60,601 nucleotides of DNA from Luteococcus sp. H101 (GCF_038433155.1 NZ_JBCDMW010000005.1:1-60601), one strand, 5' to 3'; shown: positions 26,859 through 36,872, counted from the first letter of the stretch. Program-made: numbers and translations. The notes: generated by a model from the letters alone, not told the origin.

Positions 26859-27092
26859 ATGAACCCCACTCCCAACCAGGTCCTGAGCGTTCGGTCCGAA
26901 GAGCACCGGGGCGGGCCGCTCGCCCTGCTGGTCGGTCTGGTGGTCAGCCTGACCGCGCCACTGCCGCGTCGCGACGAGCGGGGGCTGTCCCAGTCCACCG
27001 AGAATGCGGTGCTGCTGGCCGGCGCCGTGGTGGTCGCCGGCCTGGTGATCACCGCCGTCACCGCCTATGTGAACAAGAACATGCCCAAGTGA
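26859..27092 (+). CDS. flp: Flp/Fap-type pilin
   Basis: Strong RBS (aaaggaag) before ATG 26859. RGLSQSTENAVLLAGAVVVAGLVITAVTAYV resembles the Flp G/xxxxE(Y/N) processing motif followed by a hydrophobic helix. Confidence 0.5.
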   Translation: MNPTPNQVLSVRSEEHRGGPLALLVGLVVSLTAPLPRRDERGLSQSTENAVLLAGAVVVAGLVITAVTAYVNKNMPK

Positions 27093-27099
27093 GCCGGCC

Positions 27100-27485
27100 G
27101 TGATGTCCGTCCTCCTCCCACCCCGACGGCCGCGGAACCAGCGCGGCCTGTCCGACTCGCTGCAGTGGGCAGTGCTGATGCCGCTGGTGATGCTGGCCAT
27201 CCTGGGCCTGATCCAGTCCGGCATCTGGCTGCACGGCCGCAGCGTGGCCGCCATGCCGCCCTGGCCGGTGCCGAGACCGCGGCCCTGGCGGGTGATGGTG
27301 GCGGGTCCGGGGAGCGGGTGGCCCGGGAGGTCGCCGAGCAGGCGGGGCTGCGTGAGGTCAGCGTCGCCATCGGCGGTGGTGCCACCGAGGTCAGCGTGCA
27401 GGTCAGCGGACGGGTGGACTCCTTCTTCGGGCCGGGCCGGAGCACGGTCAAGGCGCAGGCCGTGATGCCCCGGGAGGGCCCATGA
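27100..27485 (+). pseudogene. tadE: tadE (TadE-like pilus assembly protein) with a -1 frameshift at a CC(C) run near 27250
   Basis: N-terminal RGLSDSLQWAVLMPLVMLAILGLIQSGIWLHGRSVAA is in frame 1. The conserved continuation HAALAGAETAALAGDGG...VSVQVSGRV is in frame 3. Restoring one C in gccgcc(c)atgcc rejoins them. Confidence 0.5.
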
Positions 27486-27943
27486 CCGGCGGGTGGCGGG
27501 GCCGCCTCGGGGGAGCGACGGGCGGTTCGGAGCGTGGTGCGGTGGCGGTGGAGGTGGTGCTGATCGTTCCCCTGCTGATGCTGGTGCTCGGCACCATCGT
27601 GGCCGGTTGGCGGCTGTGGTCCGCCCGCACCCAGGTCACTGACGCCGCCAGTTCCGCGGCCCGCGCCGCCACCGTGGAACGCAGCGGCTCGGTGGCCCGG
27701 GGCCGGGCCGAGGCCGTCGCGCGGGCCAATCTGGACTCGCTGGACCTGCCCTGCCGGGGTGCGGCCGTGGAGGTGGATGTCGCGGACTTCGCCCGACCCC
27801 CGGGGGAACGGGGTGAGGTTCGGGTGGACATCGCCTGCACCGTCTCGCTGGCCGACCTGCTGACGCCGGGACTGCCCGGCCAGTGGGAGGTGCGGGGTGA
27901 GGGCAGGCACACCATGGACACATTCCGGGAGAGGCAACCATGA
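27482..27943 (+). CDS. TadE/TadG-like pilus assembly protein (TadF-like)
   Basis: ERGAVAVEVVLIVPLLMLVLG TadE-like N-terminal domain. ATGA overlap with tadE. Confidence 0.5.
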   Translation: MTGGWRGRLGGATGGSERGAVAVEVVLIVPLLMLVLGTIVAGWRLWSARTQVTDAASSAARAATVERSGSVARGRAEAVARANLDSLDLPCRGAAVEVDVADFARPPGERGEVRVDIACTVSLADLLTPGLPGQWEVRGEGRHTMDTFRERQP

Positions 27944-30900
27944 CGAGGTTCTTGAAGGGCATCGGTTCCCTGCTGGTGCTGGTCGGGCTGGTGATCGCAG
28001 CGCCGCTGGCCCTGCTCCGCCTGGGTCGCTTCGACGCCCTGTCCGGTCTGTCCTGGGATGCGCTCCTGGTGGTGCCGGACACGGGCGGGCTGCTGCTCCT
28101 GCTGATGACGGTGGTGGGCTGGCTGGCCTGGCTGGTGGTGACCGGCACGGTGCTGGCCGAGGTGGCCCGGGTGGCAAGCCGCGGCCGGATCCGGATCCGG
28201 GTGCCCGGTGGCGGTTGGGCGCAACCAACCATTGCTGCCCTGGTGATGGCGGTGGCCTCCATGGCGATGCTCCCGGCCGGCCCCGGGGTGGCGCGGGCGG
28301 AGTCTGCGGCGCCCGACCGGGCGGCCCACTCGGTGGGCGCTCCGGCGGCCGCCGGCCACCCGGAGGCCGCCCCGACCGAGGAACCGAGAGCAGCGAATGC
28401 CGCACCCCACGACGGCCCCGGCGGCGTCGGTGGTGGCGTTGAGCGGCCGGGGCAGCCGGGCCCGGAGAAGGCCACGCAGCCTGCCACGCTGTACCGGGTG
28501 ACGACGGGGGACGACCTGTGGAGCATCGCGGAGCGCTTCTACGGTGATGGCACCCAGTGGCGTCGGATCGCCCGGGACAACCGCCTGGACCCGGCCGAGA
28601 TCCTGCCCGTCGGTCTGGACCTGCGGCTGACGGGGCTGGCACCACAGGAGCGCACGGGAGCCGCCCCGGGCCACGGCACTGACCAGGCCACCGGCGTCCA
28701 GGCCACTGCGCGTCAGGCCGCCCCCGGACCGGGTGCCCAGAGCCCGTCGCCGTCGCGGCCGCGAACGCCTGCCGAGGTGAGGGTGCGGCCGGGCGACAGC
28801 CTGAGTGAGCTGGCCGAACGGCATCTGGGCGATGCCGGCCGATGGCCGGAGATCGTGGCCCTCAATGACCAGATCCAGGATCCCGACCTGATCCACCCCG
28901 GGTGGACACTGCGCCTTCCGTCGCGCCCCGGACATCCGGCCACACCCGCAGCCCCAGCCGCCCCGGCCACACCCGGAGCCCCAGCCACCCCGGCCCCACC
29001 GGGGGATCAGACCGAACCGGCCCCATCAGACCAAGGGGGAGTGGGTGGCCAGGGCATCCCCGCCGGGGCCACCGCGCGACCCCCGGGGTCGGCCGGGGAG
29101 AGCCCCGCCGGTACGAGTCCCAGTGCGACCAACTCCCCCCGGACCAGTCCTGTGCAGACCAGTCCCGCGCAGGCCAGTCCCGCCGAGACAAGTTTCGCCC
29201 AGTCGGAACCGGGGGAGACCGGGGCCAGGGACGACGCCGACGCAAGTCCCGCGGGCGCCAGCGCGTCGCCGGCCTCAGAGGTGCCGCCGGAGACCGCCGC
29301 CGCGCCCCAGCCGACGGGAGGGGCCGGCGCCGATGGGCAGCCGATGTCGGGCCAGGCGGCGCAGCTGCCGGCCACCGGGGAGTCGGAGCCCGGGGCCGAA
29401 CTGGTGGTGGGGCTGGGGAGCCTGCTGGCCGCGGCCTTGGCCGGGGCCCTGGCCGTTCGTCGCCGCAGCCAACTGGCCCAACGTCGGCCGGGCCGCCGGA
29501 TCCCGCTGCCCCCGCCGGAGAGCCTGCGCTTCGAGGCCGCGCTGGGGCGGTCGGCCTCCCGGGCGCCCGAGCCGCCGGCCGAGGCCGAACTGACCGACGT
29601 GCTGTTGGGAACCGACCCGGACGGGCAGCCGGTGCTGCACCAGCTTGAGGCCAGCGGCACCACCCTGCTGATCGGAGACCGCGACGTCGTGGACGGGGCG
29701 GTGGCGGCGCTGACCACCGGTCTGGTGCTGCAGCCGTGGTCAGCCGAGTGTCGGGTCACGGTGGTGGGGGAACTGCCCTGGCTGGCCAGTCTGGACGAGC
29801 CGCAGGTGCAGGTCCTGCCCGAGCCGGAGGCGGGGCTGACCCATCTGGAACGGGTGGTTGCGGCCCGTCGGGTGGCATTGGGCCGGGCCGCGCTGGCCGG
29901 GCTGGACGATCACCCTGGTCTGCGACGTGCTCGCCAGCCGGTGCCGGATCTGGCTGGCCTGCGGGCCGATCCCGACCGGTGGGAGGCGTGGGCACCCCAC
30001 GTCTTCGTCTTCGCCCACCGTCTGGGGCCAGCCGAGTGGCAGCGGGTAGTGCGCGCGCTGGCCGGGTCCCCGGTGGGGATCAGCGTGCTGGCGGCCGCCG
30101 ACGAGGTGCTCGACTGCGGGGAAATGGTGGAGCTGCCGGATGCCGAGCACGCCCGGGTCTGCTCCAGCGGCCAGCCCTTCACCCCGCACCTGATGGACGC
30201 CAGCGCGCGCCGCGCCGTGCTGGAGCTGTGCCAGACGACGTCGTCGCTGGCCACCACGCCCGCGCCCTGGTGGAGCCCGGACGACGACCTGCCCCCCAAC
30301 CTCGCGCTGCTGGAGCGGCGCCGGACCACGCCTGGCCCAGAACAGGAGGAGCCAGTGGACCCCACGGCCTACCCCCATCCCACCCTGCTGCTGCTCGGAC
30401 CGCTTGAGCTGCACGGCTGTCGCGGGGAGCAGCCCAACCGGGCCAGGCTGCAGTGCATCGAGTACTGCACCTGGATCCAGCTCAACCCCGGCCGCACCGC
30501 GAGCCTGATGTCGCGCGAGCTGATGGTGGCCGAGAGCACCCGTCGCTCCAACATGAGCCGGCTGCGCAATTGGCTGGGTACCGACCCGAACGGTGAGCTC
30601 TACCTGCCCGACGCCTACTCCGGCCGGATCCAGCTGCACCCGGCCGTCACCACCGACTGGGAGGAGCTGCAACTGTTGGTGGCCCGCGGGGTGAACCGCA
30701 GCTCCACCGACGCCCTGGTGGACGCCCTGAAACTGGTCCGGGGAGCACCCCTGGCCGACGCCGCCCCCGGTCAATGGTTGTGGGCGGAGGAGGTGCGGAC
30801 CGACATGGCCTCGGTGGTCCGCGACATCGGGGTGGTGCTGGCCGAACGTGCCTTGGACGACGGGGACACCGAGCTGGCCCGCTGGGCCGCGAACCGGGCG

Positions 30901-31101
30901 CTGCGCGCCTGCGCCGGCGACGAGCTGCTGATGTGCGCCCGGCTCCGCACCGAGCACCTGGCCGGCAACCAGCCCGAGGTGGAGCGGATGGTGCTGCAGA
31001 TGACCCGGCAGGCCCGCAATGTGGGCGTGGATCTGGATCCCGAGACGGTGGACCTGATGCAGGAGGTGATGGAGGGCCGACGACGTTCGCAGCTCGCCTG
31101 A
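27940..31101 (+). CDS. large membrane-anchored protein with two LysM domains, Pro/Ala-rich low-complexity region and C-terminal SARP-like winged-helix plus BTAD domain
   Basis: N-terminal TM. LysM-like YRVTTGDDLWSIAERFYGD and VRVRPGDSLSELAERHLGD. C-terminal LLLLGPLELHG...RARLQ and a TPR-like BTAD segment. Confidence 0.55.
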   Translation: MTRFLKGIGSLLVLVGLVIAAPLALLRLGRFDALSGLSWDALLVVPDTGGLLLLLMTVVGWLAWLVVTGTVLAEVARVASRGRIRIRVPGGGWAQPTIAALVMAVASMAMLPAGPGVARAESAAPDRAAHSVGAPAAAGHPEAAPTEEPRAANAAPHDGPGGVGGGVERPGQPGPEKATQPATLYRVTTGDDLWSIAERFYGDGTQWRRIARDNRLDPAEILPVGLDLRLTGLAPQERTGAAPGHGTDQATGVQATARQAAPGPGAQSPSPSRPRTPAEVRVRPGDSLSELAERHLGDAGRWPEIVALNDQIQDPDLIHPGWTLRLPSRPGHPATPAAPAAPATPGAPATPAPPGDQTEPAPSDQGGVGGQGIPAGATARPPGSAGESPAGTSPSATNSPRTSPVQTSPAQASPAETSFAQSEPGETGARDDADASPAGASASPASEVPPETAAAPQPTGGAGADGQPMSGQAAQLPATGESEPGAELVVGLGSLLAAALAGALAVRRRSQLAQRRPGRRIPLPPPESLRFEAALGRSASRAPEPPAEAELTDVLLGTDPDGQPVLHQLEASGTTLLIGDRDVVDGAVAALTTGLVLQPWSAECRVTVVGELPWLASLDEPQVQVLPEPEAGLTHLERVVAARRVALGRAALAGLDDHPGLRRARQPVPDLAGLRADPDRWEAWAPHVFVFAHRLGPAEWQRVVRALAGSPVGISVLAAADEVLDCGEMVELPDAEHARVCSSGQPFTPHLMDASARRAVLELCQTTSSLATTPAPWWSPDDDLPPNLALLERRRTTPGPEQEEPVDPTAYPHPTLLLLGPLELHGCRGEQPNRARLQCIEYCTWIQLNPGRTASLMSRELMVAESTRRSNMSRLRNWLGTDPNGELYLPDAYSGRIQLHPAVTTDWEELQLLVARGVNRSSTDALVDALKLVRGAPLADAAPGQWLWAEEVRTDMASVVRDIGVVLAERALDDGDTELARWAANRALRACAGDELLMCARLRTEHLAGNQPEVERMVLQMTRQARNVGVDLDPETVDLMQEVMEGRRRSQLA

Positions 31102-31104
31102 CGC

Positions 31105-31548
31105 ATGAACCCCTCCGACGAGTGGGTCGTCCCGGACTGGTGGACGCCGGCCGCGCAGCGCAAGACGATGGCGGGCCACATTGCGGTACGCCGCAATGGC
31201 ATCGCCGAACAGAAGGGCGGGCACCGGGCGGGCCGCGGCTGGCCGGGCAAGACGGAGTTCCCCGCCAGCTGGGGCCTGGACCAGGTCACCCGGGCATTGG
31301 TGCTCACCTGGTGTGATCCGGATGCGTGGACCGTCTGGGGTGACCGGAGGATCGCGCGACGGCTGGTGGATCAGGTCCTGGTGGAGGTCACGGCCCATGG
31401 TCCGGGTTTCCGCAGCTTCCGGGCGTGCTTCCCGGTGTGCGGGGTGGGAGTCCGGTTGAACCTGCCGAGCGGGTGGCGCGAGGTACCCTTGCAGCACCAG
31501 CGGTGTGATGAGGAAGGATGGAACCGACGTGACCGACGATCCGGTTGA
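31105..31548 (+). CDS. putative EndoU-like RNase toxin-domain protein
   Basis: AGHIAVRRNGIAEQKGGHRAGRGWPGKTEFPASW resembles the bacterial EndoU His-His-Lys-...FP-W pattern. Low confidence. Confidence 0.3.
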   Translation: MNPSDEWVVPDWWTPAAQRKTMAGHIAVRRNGIAEQKGGHRAGRGWPGKTEFPASWGLDQVTRALVLTWCDPDAWTVWGDRRIARRLVDQVLVEVTAHGPGFRSFRACFPVCGVGVRLNLPSGWREVPLQHQRCDEEGWNRRDRRSG

Positions 31549-31819
31549 CGCCCTCCTGGCCACCATGCTCCGGGACGTGTATCCACGGCTCGAGGTTGGG
31601 GCTCGGGCCATCATCCACAGCGAGCTGTCCTGTGATGCCGACGTCTACATGGCCGTCGACGACATGCTGCAGTTCAGCCTGCTCAGTGACGTCCCGATCA
31701 GCACCGCCCTGCTGGACCAGGCCGAGGCCGCCATCAACTGGTGGTGGGACGAGGAGCTGACGCAGCGCACCCTGGGCTGGGTGGCCAAGCACCGCGCCAA
31801 GCACACCGTCGCCGCCTGA
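31529..31819 (+). CDS. possible immunity protein for the upstream toxin-like gene
   Basis: gaggaagga RBS before GTG 31529. Small acidic protein overlapping the 3' end of the toxin-like gene. Confidence 0.25.
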   Translation: MTDDPVDALLATMLRDVYPRLEVGARAIIHSELSCDADVYMAVDDMLQFSLLSDVPISTALLDQAEAAINWWWDEELTQRTLGWVAKHRAKHTVAA

Positions 31820-31849
31820 GCCTCACCGTCGAAAGGTCCGCAGCACCCC

Positions 31850-32542
31850 TCAGAGTGCCCGGATGATCGCCTCCGCGCGCTGCCGATACCCGTCGGGGCC
31901 GGGATGCAGGCCATCGCTGGCAAAGCTCGCCGGTGAATCGTCACGGTCCGGCAGGCCGACGAAGTCCCGGCCCCGCTCGTCGCACAGCTCCCGGCTGACC
32001 GCATCCAGGGCAGCGGCCTCGCGCTCCAGCAGCCCGGTCAACGGCCAGCCCAGCAGTGGGGCACGGTGCAGCGGTGGACAACCACACACCAGCACCCGCG
32101 GTACCCGGGCCAGCAGGTCCAGCGAGGAAGCCAGTTCGGTGCGCCACTCGCGCACGCTGCGGCGGGCCAACAGGTCATGCATCCCCACCATCAGGACTGC
32201 CACCTCGGTGGCCGGGGAGACCTGGGGCAGCAGCCGATGGTGCAGTCCCAGCACGGTGGCATCGCGCTCGCCCACCACCTGCCACAGCACGTCACGGCCC
32301 TCGCGTCGGGCCAGTTCCCGCGACACCAGACCGGGCAGGCCTTCGTCGAGTGGCGGGCCGCCGACGCCCAGGGCCGTCTCGTCGCCCAGCACCACCAGCC
32401 CCAACCGTTCCCGGCCGGACCCGTCAGCGGAAACCAGGCCGTGCGGAGGCCCGTCGGGCAGGGGCAGTTCCGTCAGCCGTCCAATGCTGCGTTCGCCCTG
32501 CCGGACGGCGACGGGCCGCAACAGCCCCATCCAAGCTCCCAT
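31850..32542 (-). CDS. SGNH/GDSL-family hydrolase
   Basis: LVVLGDETALGVG and DGLHPGPDGY motifs. Start uncertain (ATG 32542 or 32530). Confidence 0.5.
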   Translation of the reverse strand: MGAWMGLLRPVAVRQGERSIGRLTELPLPDGPPHGLVSADGSGRERLGLVVLGDETALGVGGPPLDEGLPGLVSRELARREGRDVLWQVVGERDATVLGLHHRLLPQVSPATEVAVLMVGMHDLLARRSVREWRTELASSLDLLARVPRVLVCGCPPLHRAPLLGWPLTGLLEREAAALDAVSRELCDERGRDFVGLPDRDDSPASFASDGLHPGPDGYRQRAEAIIRAL

Positions 32543-32619
32543 GGGAAAACCATAACCAGCCGGAATATCCGCCCCCACCGAGCCCGTTGGAACAGTGGAA
32601 ACTTCAACCAAGGAGCAGC

Positions 32620-33174
32620 ATGAAGATCGGCATCATCGTCGGTAGCACCCGGCAGAACCGCGTCGGCAAGCACATCGGTGCCTGGGTGGCCGCCCAGGCG
32701 GAGGGCCGCCAGGACGCCACCGCCGAGCTGGTGGACCTGGCCGACTACAACCTGCCCTTCATGACCAGCCCGGTGCCGCCGGCCGCGCTGAAGAAGCAGT
32801 ACCCGGAGCCGGAGATCCAGGCCTGGAGCCAGAAGATCGACGAGTTCGACGGCTTCGTCTTCGTCACCCCGGAGTACAACCACGGCGTCCCGGCGGCCTT
32901 CAAGAATGCCGTCGACGTGCTGGGTCCCGAGTGGATGAAGAAGGCCGTCGGCTTCGTCGCCTACGGCGCGGACGGCGGCGTGCGGGCTGTGGAGAACTGG
33001 CGCACCATTCTGGCCAACTTCAACATCTACGACATCCGCAATGCCGTCACCATCAACATCTTCACCGAGGTGAACGACGAGGGCTTCGCCCCCAACGAGC
33101 GTCGCACCGCCGAGGTGAAGGACCTGTTCGACACCCTGGTGCCGGCTGCGAAGGCCATGGCCACCCTGCGCTGA
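32620..33174 (+). CDS. NADPH-dependent FMN reductase family protein
   Basis: MKIGIIVGSTRQNRVGKHIGAWV...FVFVTPEYNHGVPAAFKNAVD. aaggag RBS. Confidence 0.75.
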   Translation: MKIGIIVGSTRQNRVGKHIGAWVAAQAEGRQDATAELVDLADYNLPFMTSPVPPAALKKQYPEPEIQAWSQKIDEFDGFVFVTPEYNHGVPAAFKNAVDVLGPEWMKKAVGFVAYGADGGVRAVENWRTILANFNIYDIRNAVTINIFTEVNDEGFAPNERRTAEVKDLFDTLVPAAKAMATLR

Positions 33175-33442
33175 AAGACCAGGTCGCAACCGCCCGCGGC
33201 CACGTCCACATGCCGCGCCAACAGACCCGGCACAGGAACGGCCGCCCTGACCAGCCCATCCGGACCAGCACAGCCGGACCACTGTGCCGGCCACTGCCGA
33301 CGGCCGCGGCCTGGGCGCCGTACGCGTGACCGACGCCACGGCTGGCGGGGTGGTGGCCCGGCTGGACCCGCCGGCGCCGTCCGGCCGTCGCCACGAGTTG
33401 ACCCTCGGCAGGGCAGGTCAGGGCAGGGTTGGCTCGGCCGGC

Positions 33443-34225
33443 TCAGCGGTACTTGTTGGCATAGGACTCGGCGATCTCGCCCGCCTGGTGCGGCATCCGT
33501 CCCTCGTAGTAGGAGCGCTGCTGGGGATTGGCGAACAGCGCCGAGTGCACCAGCATGGTGTGCAGCTGGTGCAGCTGGCTGCGCGCCTTCCAGTCGCCGA
33601 CCGGCCGGTACTCCTCGGCCCAGGCACCCTCGATGGTGTCCAGGAAGGGGGCGCCGAACAGCCCCAGGGTGGCCAGGTCGGTCTCCGCATGGCCCCCATG
33701 CGCCGACGGCCGGATCAGCGCGAAACCCCGCTTGGTCTGCACCAGGTTGCGGCTCCACAGGTCGCCGTGGATCCGGGAGGCGGGCCGGGAATCGTCGAGC
33801 TGCCCGGCCATCAGCACCTCACACAACCGCTCAACCTGCTGCATGGACTGGGCGTCCAGTCCACCGGCGGCCAGGGCGGCGCGAGCGGCCGGCAGCAACC
33901 GGTAGCGGGCGTAGAAGTCGCCCCAGCTGGTGGGCAGGGCGTCGGCGGGCGGCAACGGCATCGGCTCCCGGCTGAAGAAGCCGTCGCCCCGCCAGCCCGG
34001 GGGAGCGGCCCCGAAGCCGGGGGCACCCGCCAGGTGGGTGCGGGCCAGCGCCCGGCCAAACTTCTCGGCCGCCTTCGCAGTGGACGGTTCGGAGGCCGCC
34101 CGGGGCCGGGGCCGACGGGCCAGCACCCGTACCCCATCGGGTGCCTCGTCCAGCCAGGTCAGGCCCGCGGCCCGCCAGCGTTGCACCGGCGGCAGCGCAT
34201 GCCGCGGCCCGGAGTGCTTGCCCAT
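33443..34225 (-). CDS. fructosamine/aminoglycoside kinase-family protein
   Basis: IHGDLWSRNL catalytic-loop motif. Start at ATG 34225, so the 423-aa ORF is over-extended. Confidence 0.6.
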   Translation of the reverse strand: MGKHSGPRHALPPVQRWRAAGLTWLDEAPDGVRVLARRPRPRAASEPSTAKAAEKFGRALARTHLAGAPGFGAAPPGWRGDGFFSREPMPLPPADALPTSWGDFYARYRLLPAARAALAAGGLDAQSMQQVERLCEVLMAGQLDDSRPASRIHGDLWSRNLVQTKRGFALIRPSAHGGHAETDLATLGLFGAPFLDTIEGAWAEEYRPVGDWKARSQLHQLHTMLVHSALFANPQQRSYYEGRMPHQAGEIAESYANKYR

Positions 34226-34227
34226 CA

Positions 34228-34617
34228 GAAGATCCCGAGCAGGGCCGAACCGAGTGCCACGCACACCACCGCGCCCAGGCAGCCCAGCACCGAGCACAGC
34301 CAGGCCTGATTGCGCCCGGCCCGGACCCGCCAGAGTGTGGTCAGGCTGGATGCGACGCTGATCACGCCGGGGCCGGTGGTCATCAGGGTCAGTGCCAGCC
34401 GTTCCCGGGACCACGCCGTGCAGCCGGCCGGGCAGGGCTGGGCAAGCTTGGAGAAGGAGAGTCCCAGCAGGGTGCACCCGACGCCGAAGAGCAGCGCGGT
34501 GATCACCGCCAGGGCCACGGGGATGAAGCGGGGGGCCAGCGGACGGACCCATTCGACGTCGCGCTGCCCGCCGTCGGCCAGGGGCTCGACGACTGCATGG
34601 TCGCGCGACTCGATCAT
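34228..34617 (-). CDS. small membrane protein coupled to the kinase gene
   Basis: 130-aa hydrophobic ORF whose stop overlaps the kinase start (TGATG). Confidence 0.3.
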
Positions 34618-34780
34618 GTGTCCATCCTAGGTTCGCCACCTCCCGCGCTGGGTTTCGGGAGTGCCCCTCATTCTGCCGCGTCTGTAGCTCCGCTGAAGAC
34701 AATGGTGAATTCATGGACGCACTGTCCGCCGAACATCACCAAACATTCAGCTGGCGTGATGAATCACTGCGCGTGATGAA

Positions 34781-36820
34781 TCAGCCGCGCGGCAGCTTCC
34801 GGGGCCACCAGAAGGTGCGGCCCAGGAGCAGGGCCAGGGCGGGCACCAGCACCGTGCGCACCACCAGGGTGTCCAGTAGCACGCCGATGAAGATCACCAC
34901 GCCCAGCTGGGCCAGCACCACCAGCGGCAGCACCCCCAGTACCGCGAAGACCGAGGCCAGCAGGATCCCGGCGCTGGTGATCACGCCGCCGGTGGCCGCC
35001 AGGGCGCGCAGCATCCCGTCGCGCGAGCCGTGCTCGCCGGCCTCCTCCCGGGCCCGGGTGACCAGGAAGATGTTGTAGTCCACGCCCAGCGCCACCAGGA
35101 AGACGAAGGCGTAGAGCGGCACCTGGCCGTCCATCCGGTCGAAGCCGAGCACTCCGGTGAAGGCCCACCACCCCAGGCCAAGGGCCGCCACATAGGTCAG
35201 CAGCACCGTGCCCACCAGGATCACCGGCGCCACCACGGAGCGCAGCAGCAGCACCAGGGCGGCGAAGACCAGGCCCAGCACCACGGGGAAGATCAGCTTG
35301 CGGTCATGCGCATTCCCTTCGGCCTTGTCCACGCGTTGGGCCTCGCTGCCGCCCACATGGGTGTCCGGCAGACCCTGGACGGAGTCGCGCACCAGGCGCA
35401 CCCGCTGCTCGGCCGCGGCGCTGCCCGGTTGGTCGTCGGTCACCACCTGCAGCTCGGTCACCTGAGCTCCGGCGGCCGACGGCCGGACGCTGTTCACCCC
35501 GTCGACGCCCTTGAGCTGCGCGGTGACTCGCCCCACCTGGGCGGTAGGGGTGGTGACCAGGATCGGGTTGGCCGAGCCGGCGGGGTAGGAGCGGGCCAGC
35601 CGGTCCGCGGCGACGATGGCCTCCGGCTTCTTCAGGAACTGGTCGGCATCGCTCAGCCCCAGCCGGATCGAGCCGATCCCCAACGCGGCCAGGGTGAGCA
35701 ACACGGTGGAGGCGATGGCCACCGTGGCCGGGCGGCCCTTGACGAAGTGTCCGACCCGCGCCCAGATGGAGTCACTCTCCGTGGCCGACGCCTCGCCCAC
35801 CACCGGCTTGCGCGGCCAGAAGATCCACCGTCCGAAGGCGACCAGCGCGCCCGGCAGCACCGTCAGCACGAAGCCGGCGGCCACCACCACGCCCACCGCG
35901 CAGGCCACGCCCAGACCGCGGGTGGCCGGGAAGGCCGAGAGCAGCAGGGTCAGCAGGCCGACAAAGACCGTCGACGCGCTGGCCACGACGGGTTCCACGG
36001 TGCGCCGGGCGGCCACCCGCATGGCGTCGTGTCGGCTGGAGTGGCGGCGCAGCTCGTCGCGGTAACGGGAGATCAGCAGCAGCGCGTAGTCGGTGCCGGC
36101 GCCGAAGACGAGCACGGACAGGATGCCGGTGGTGGACTCGTCCCAGGCCAGGTTGAAGCGGTTCAGCGCCTGGGTGGCCAGCACCGTCGCCAGCCGGTCG
36201 GCCACGCCCACCACGGCCAGCGGCACCAGCCACAGCCACGGCGAGCGGTAGGTGACCACCAGCAGGATCGCGACCACCAGGGCGGTGGTGGTCAGCAGCT
36301 TGACATTCGCCCCGTCGAAGACCGCGCCCAGATCGGTCTGGATCGCGGCGGGGCCGGTCACCTGGGCGGTCACCCCGTCCGGCAGCCCCTGCTTGGCCCG
36401 CTCCCGCAGGTCGCCGACGCCGCCCTTCAGCTCCGGCGCGGACACGCCGTCCACGGTCACCGGGACGAAGACCGCGGTGCCGTCCTGGCTGGGGACCATG
36501 GGGGCCTTGGGGGAGCCGGTGAGCTCGGCCGCCTTCTTGCCGATCACCCCCATGGCCTGCCCGGAGAGTTTCTGCTCGCTGCTGAACAGCACGATCGCCG
36601 CGCTGGAGTCCTTGTCCGGGAGGGATTCCTGGGCCTTGACCAGGGCGGCCGAGTCGCTGCCCTCGGGCAGCTGGTCCAGCCCGGTGCGGTGGGAGGTGGC
36701 GGTCCCCAGGCCGCCGATCACTGCCAGGCCCACCAGCAGCAGGGCCAGGGAGAGCAGCGACGAGAGGTGGCGGCGTACCCAGGGTTGCTGGGCCCGACGG
36801 GGGCTGGTGGTGGTGGACAT
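34781..36820 (-). CDS. MMPL-family (RND superfamily) transporter
   Basis: Two sets of TM helices with large extracytoplasmic loops. GGAGG RBS before ATG 36820. Confidence 0.8.
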   Translation of the reverse strand: MSTTTSPRRAQQPWVRRHLSSLLSLALLLVGLAVIGGLGTATSHRTGLDQLPEGSDSAALVKAQESLPDKDSSAAIVLFSSEQKLSGQAMGVIGKKAAELTGSPKAPMVPSQDGTAVFVPVTVDGVSAPELKGGVGDLRERAKQGLPDGVTAQVTGPAAIQTDLGAVFDGANVKLLTTTALVVAILLVVTYRSPWLWLVPLAVVGVADRLATVLATQALNRFNLAWDESTTGILSVLVFGAGTDYALLLISRYRDELRRHSSRHDAMRVAARRTVEPVVASASTVFVGLLTLLLSAFPATRGLGVACAVGVVVAAGFVLTVLPGALVAFGRWIFWPRKPVVGEASATESDSIWARVGHFVKGRPATVAIASTVLLTLAALGIGSIRLGLSDADQFLKKPEAIVAADRLARSYPAGSANPILVTTPTAQVGRVTAQLKGVDGVNSVRPSAAGAQVTELQVVTDDQPGSAAAEQRVRLVRDSVQGLPDTHVGGSEAQRVDKAEGNAHDRKLIFPVVLGLVFAALVLLLRSVVAPVILVGTVLLTYVAALGLGWWAFTGVLGFDRMDGQVPLYAFVFLVALGVDYNIFLVTRAREEAGEHGSRDGMLRALAATGGVITSAGILLASVFAVLGVLPLVVLAQLGVVIFIGVLLDTLVVRTVLVPALALLLGRTFWWPRKLPRG

Positions 36821-36832
36821 GCGTTCCTCCGG

Positions 36833-36872
36833 AAAAACATTAATCAAACTAATTACTAGTAAGCTTAAGCAC
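36833..36872. promoter_or_regulatory. AT-rich divergent promoter region with palindromes TTACTAGTAA and TTAAGCTTAA between the MMPL gene and marR
   Basis: Read from the sequence. Sharply AT-rich relative to its surroundings. Confidence 0.35.

Noticed and set aside
29740-31614. 624-aa minus-strand ORF
   Set aside because: Antisense to the LysM/SARP gene and the toxin-like gene. No start-site support.
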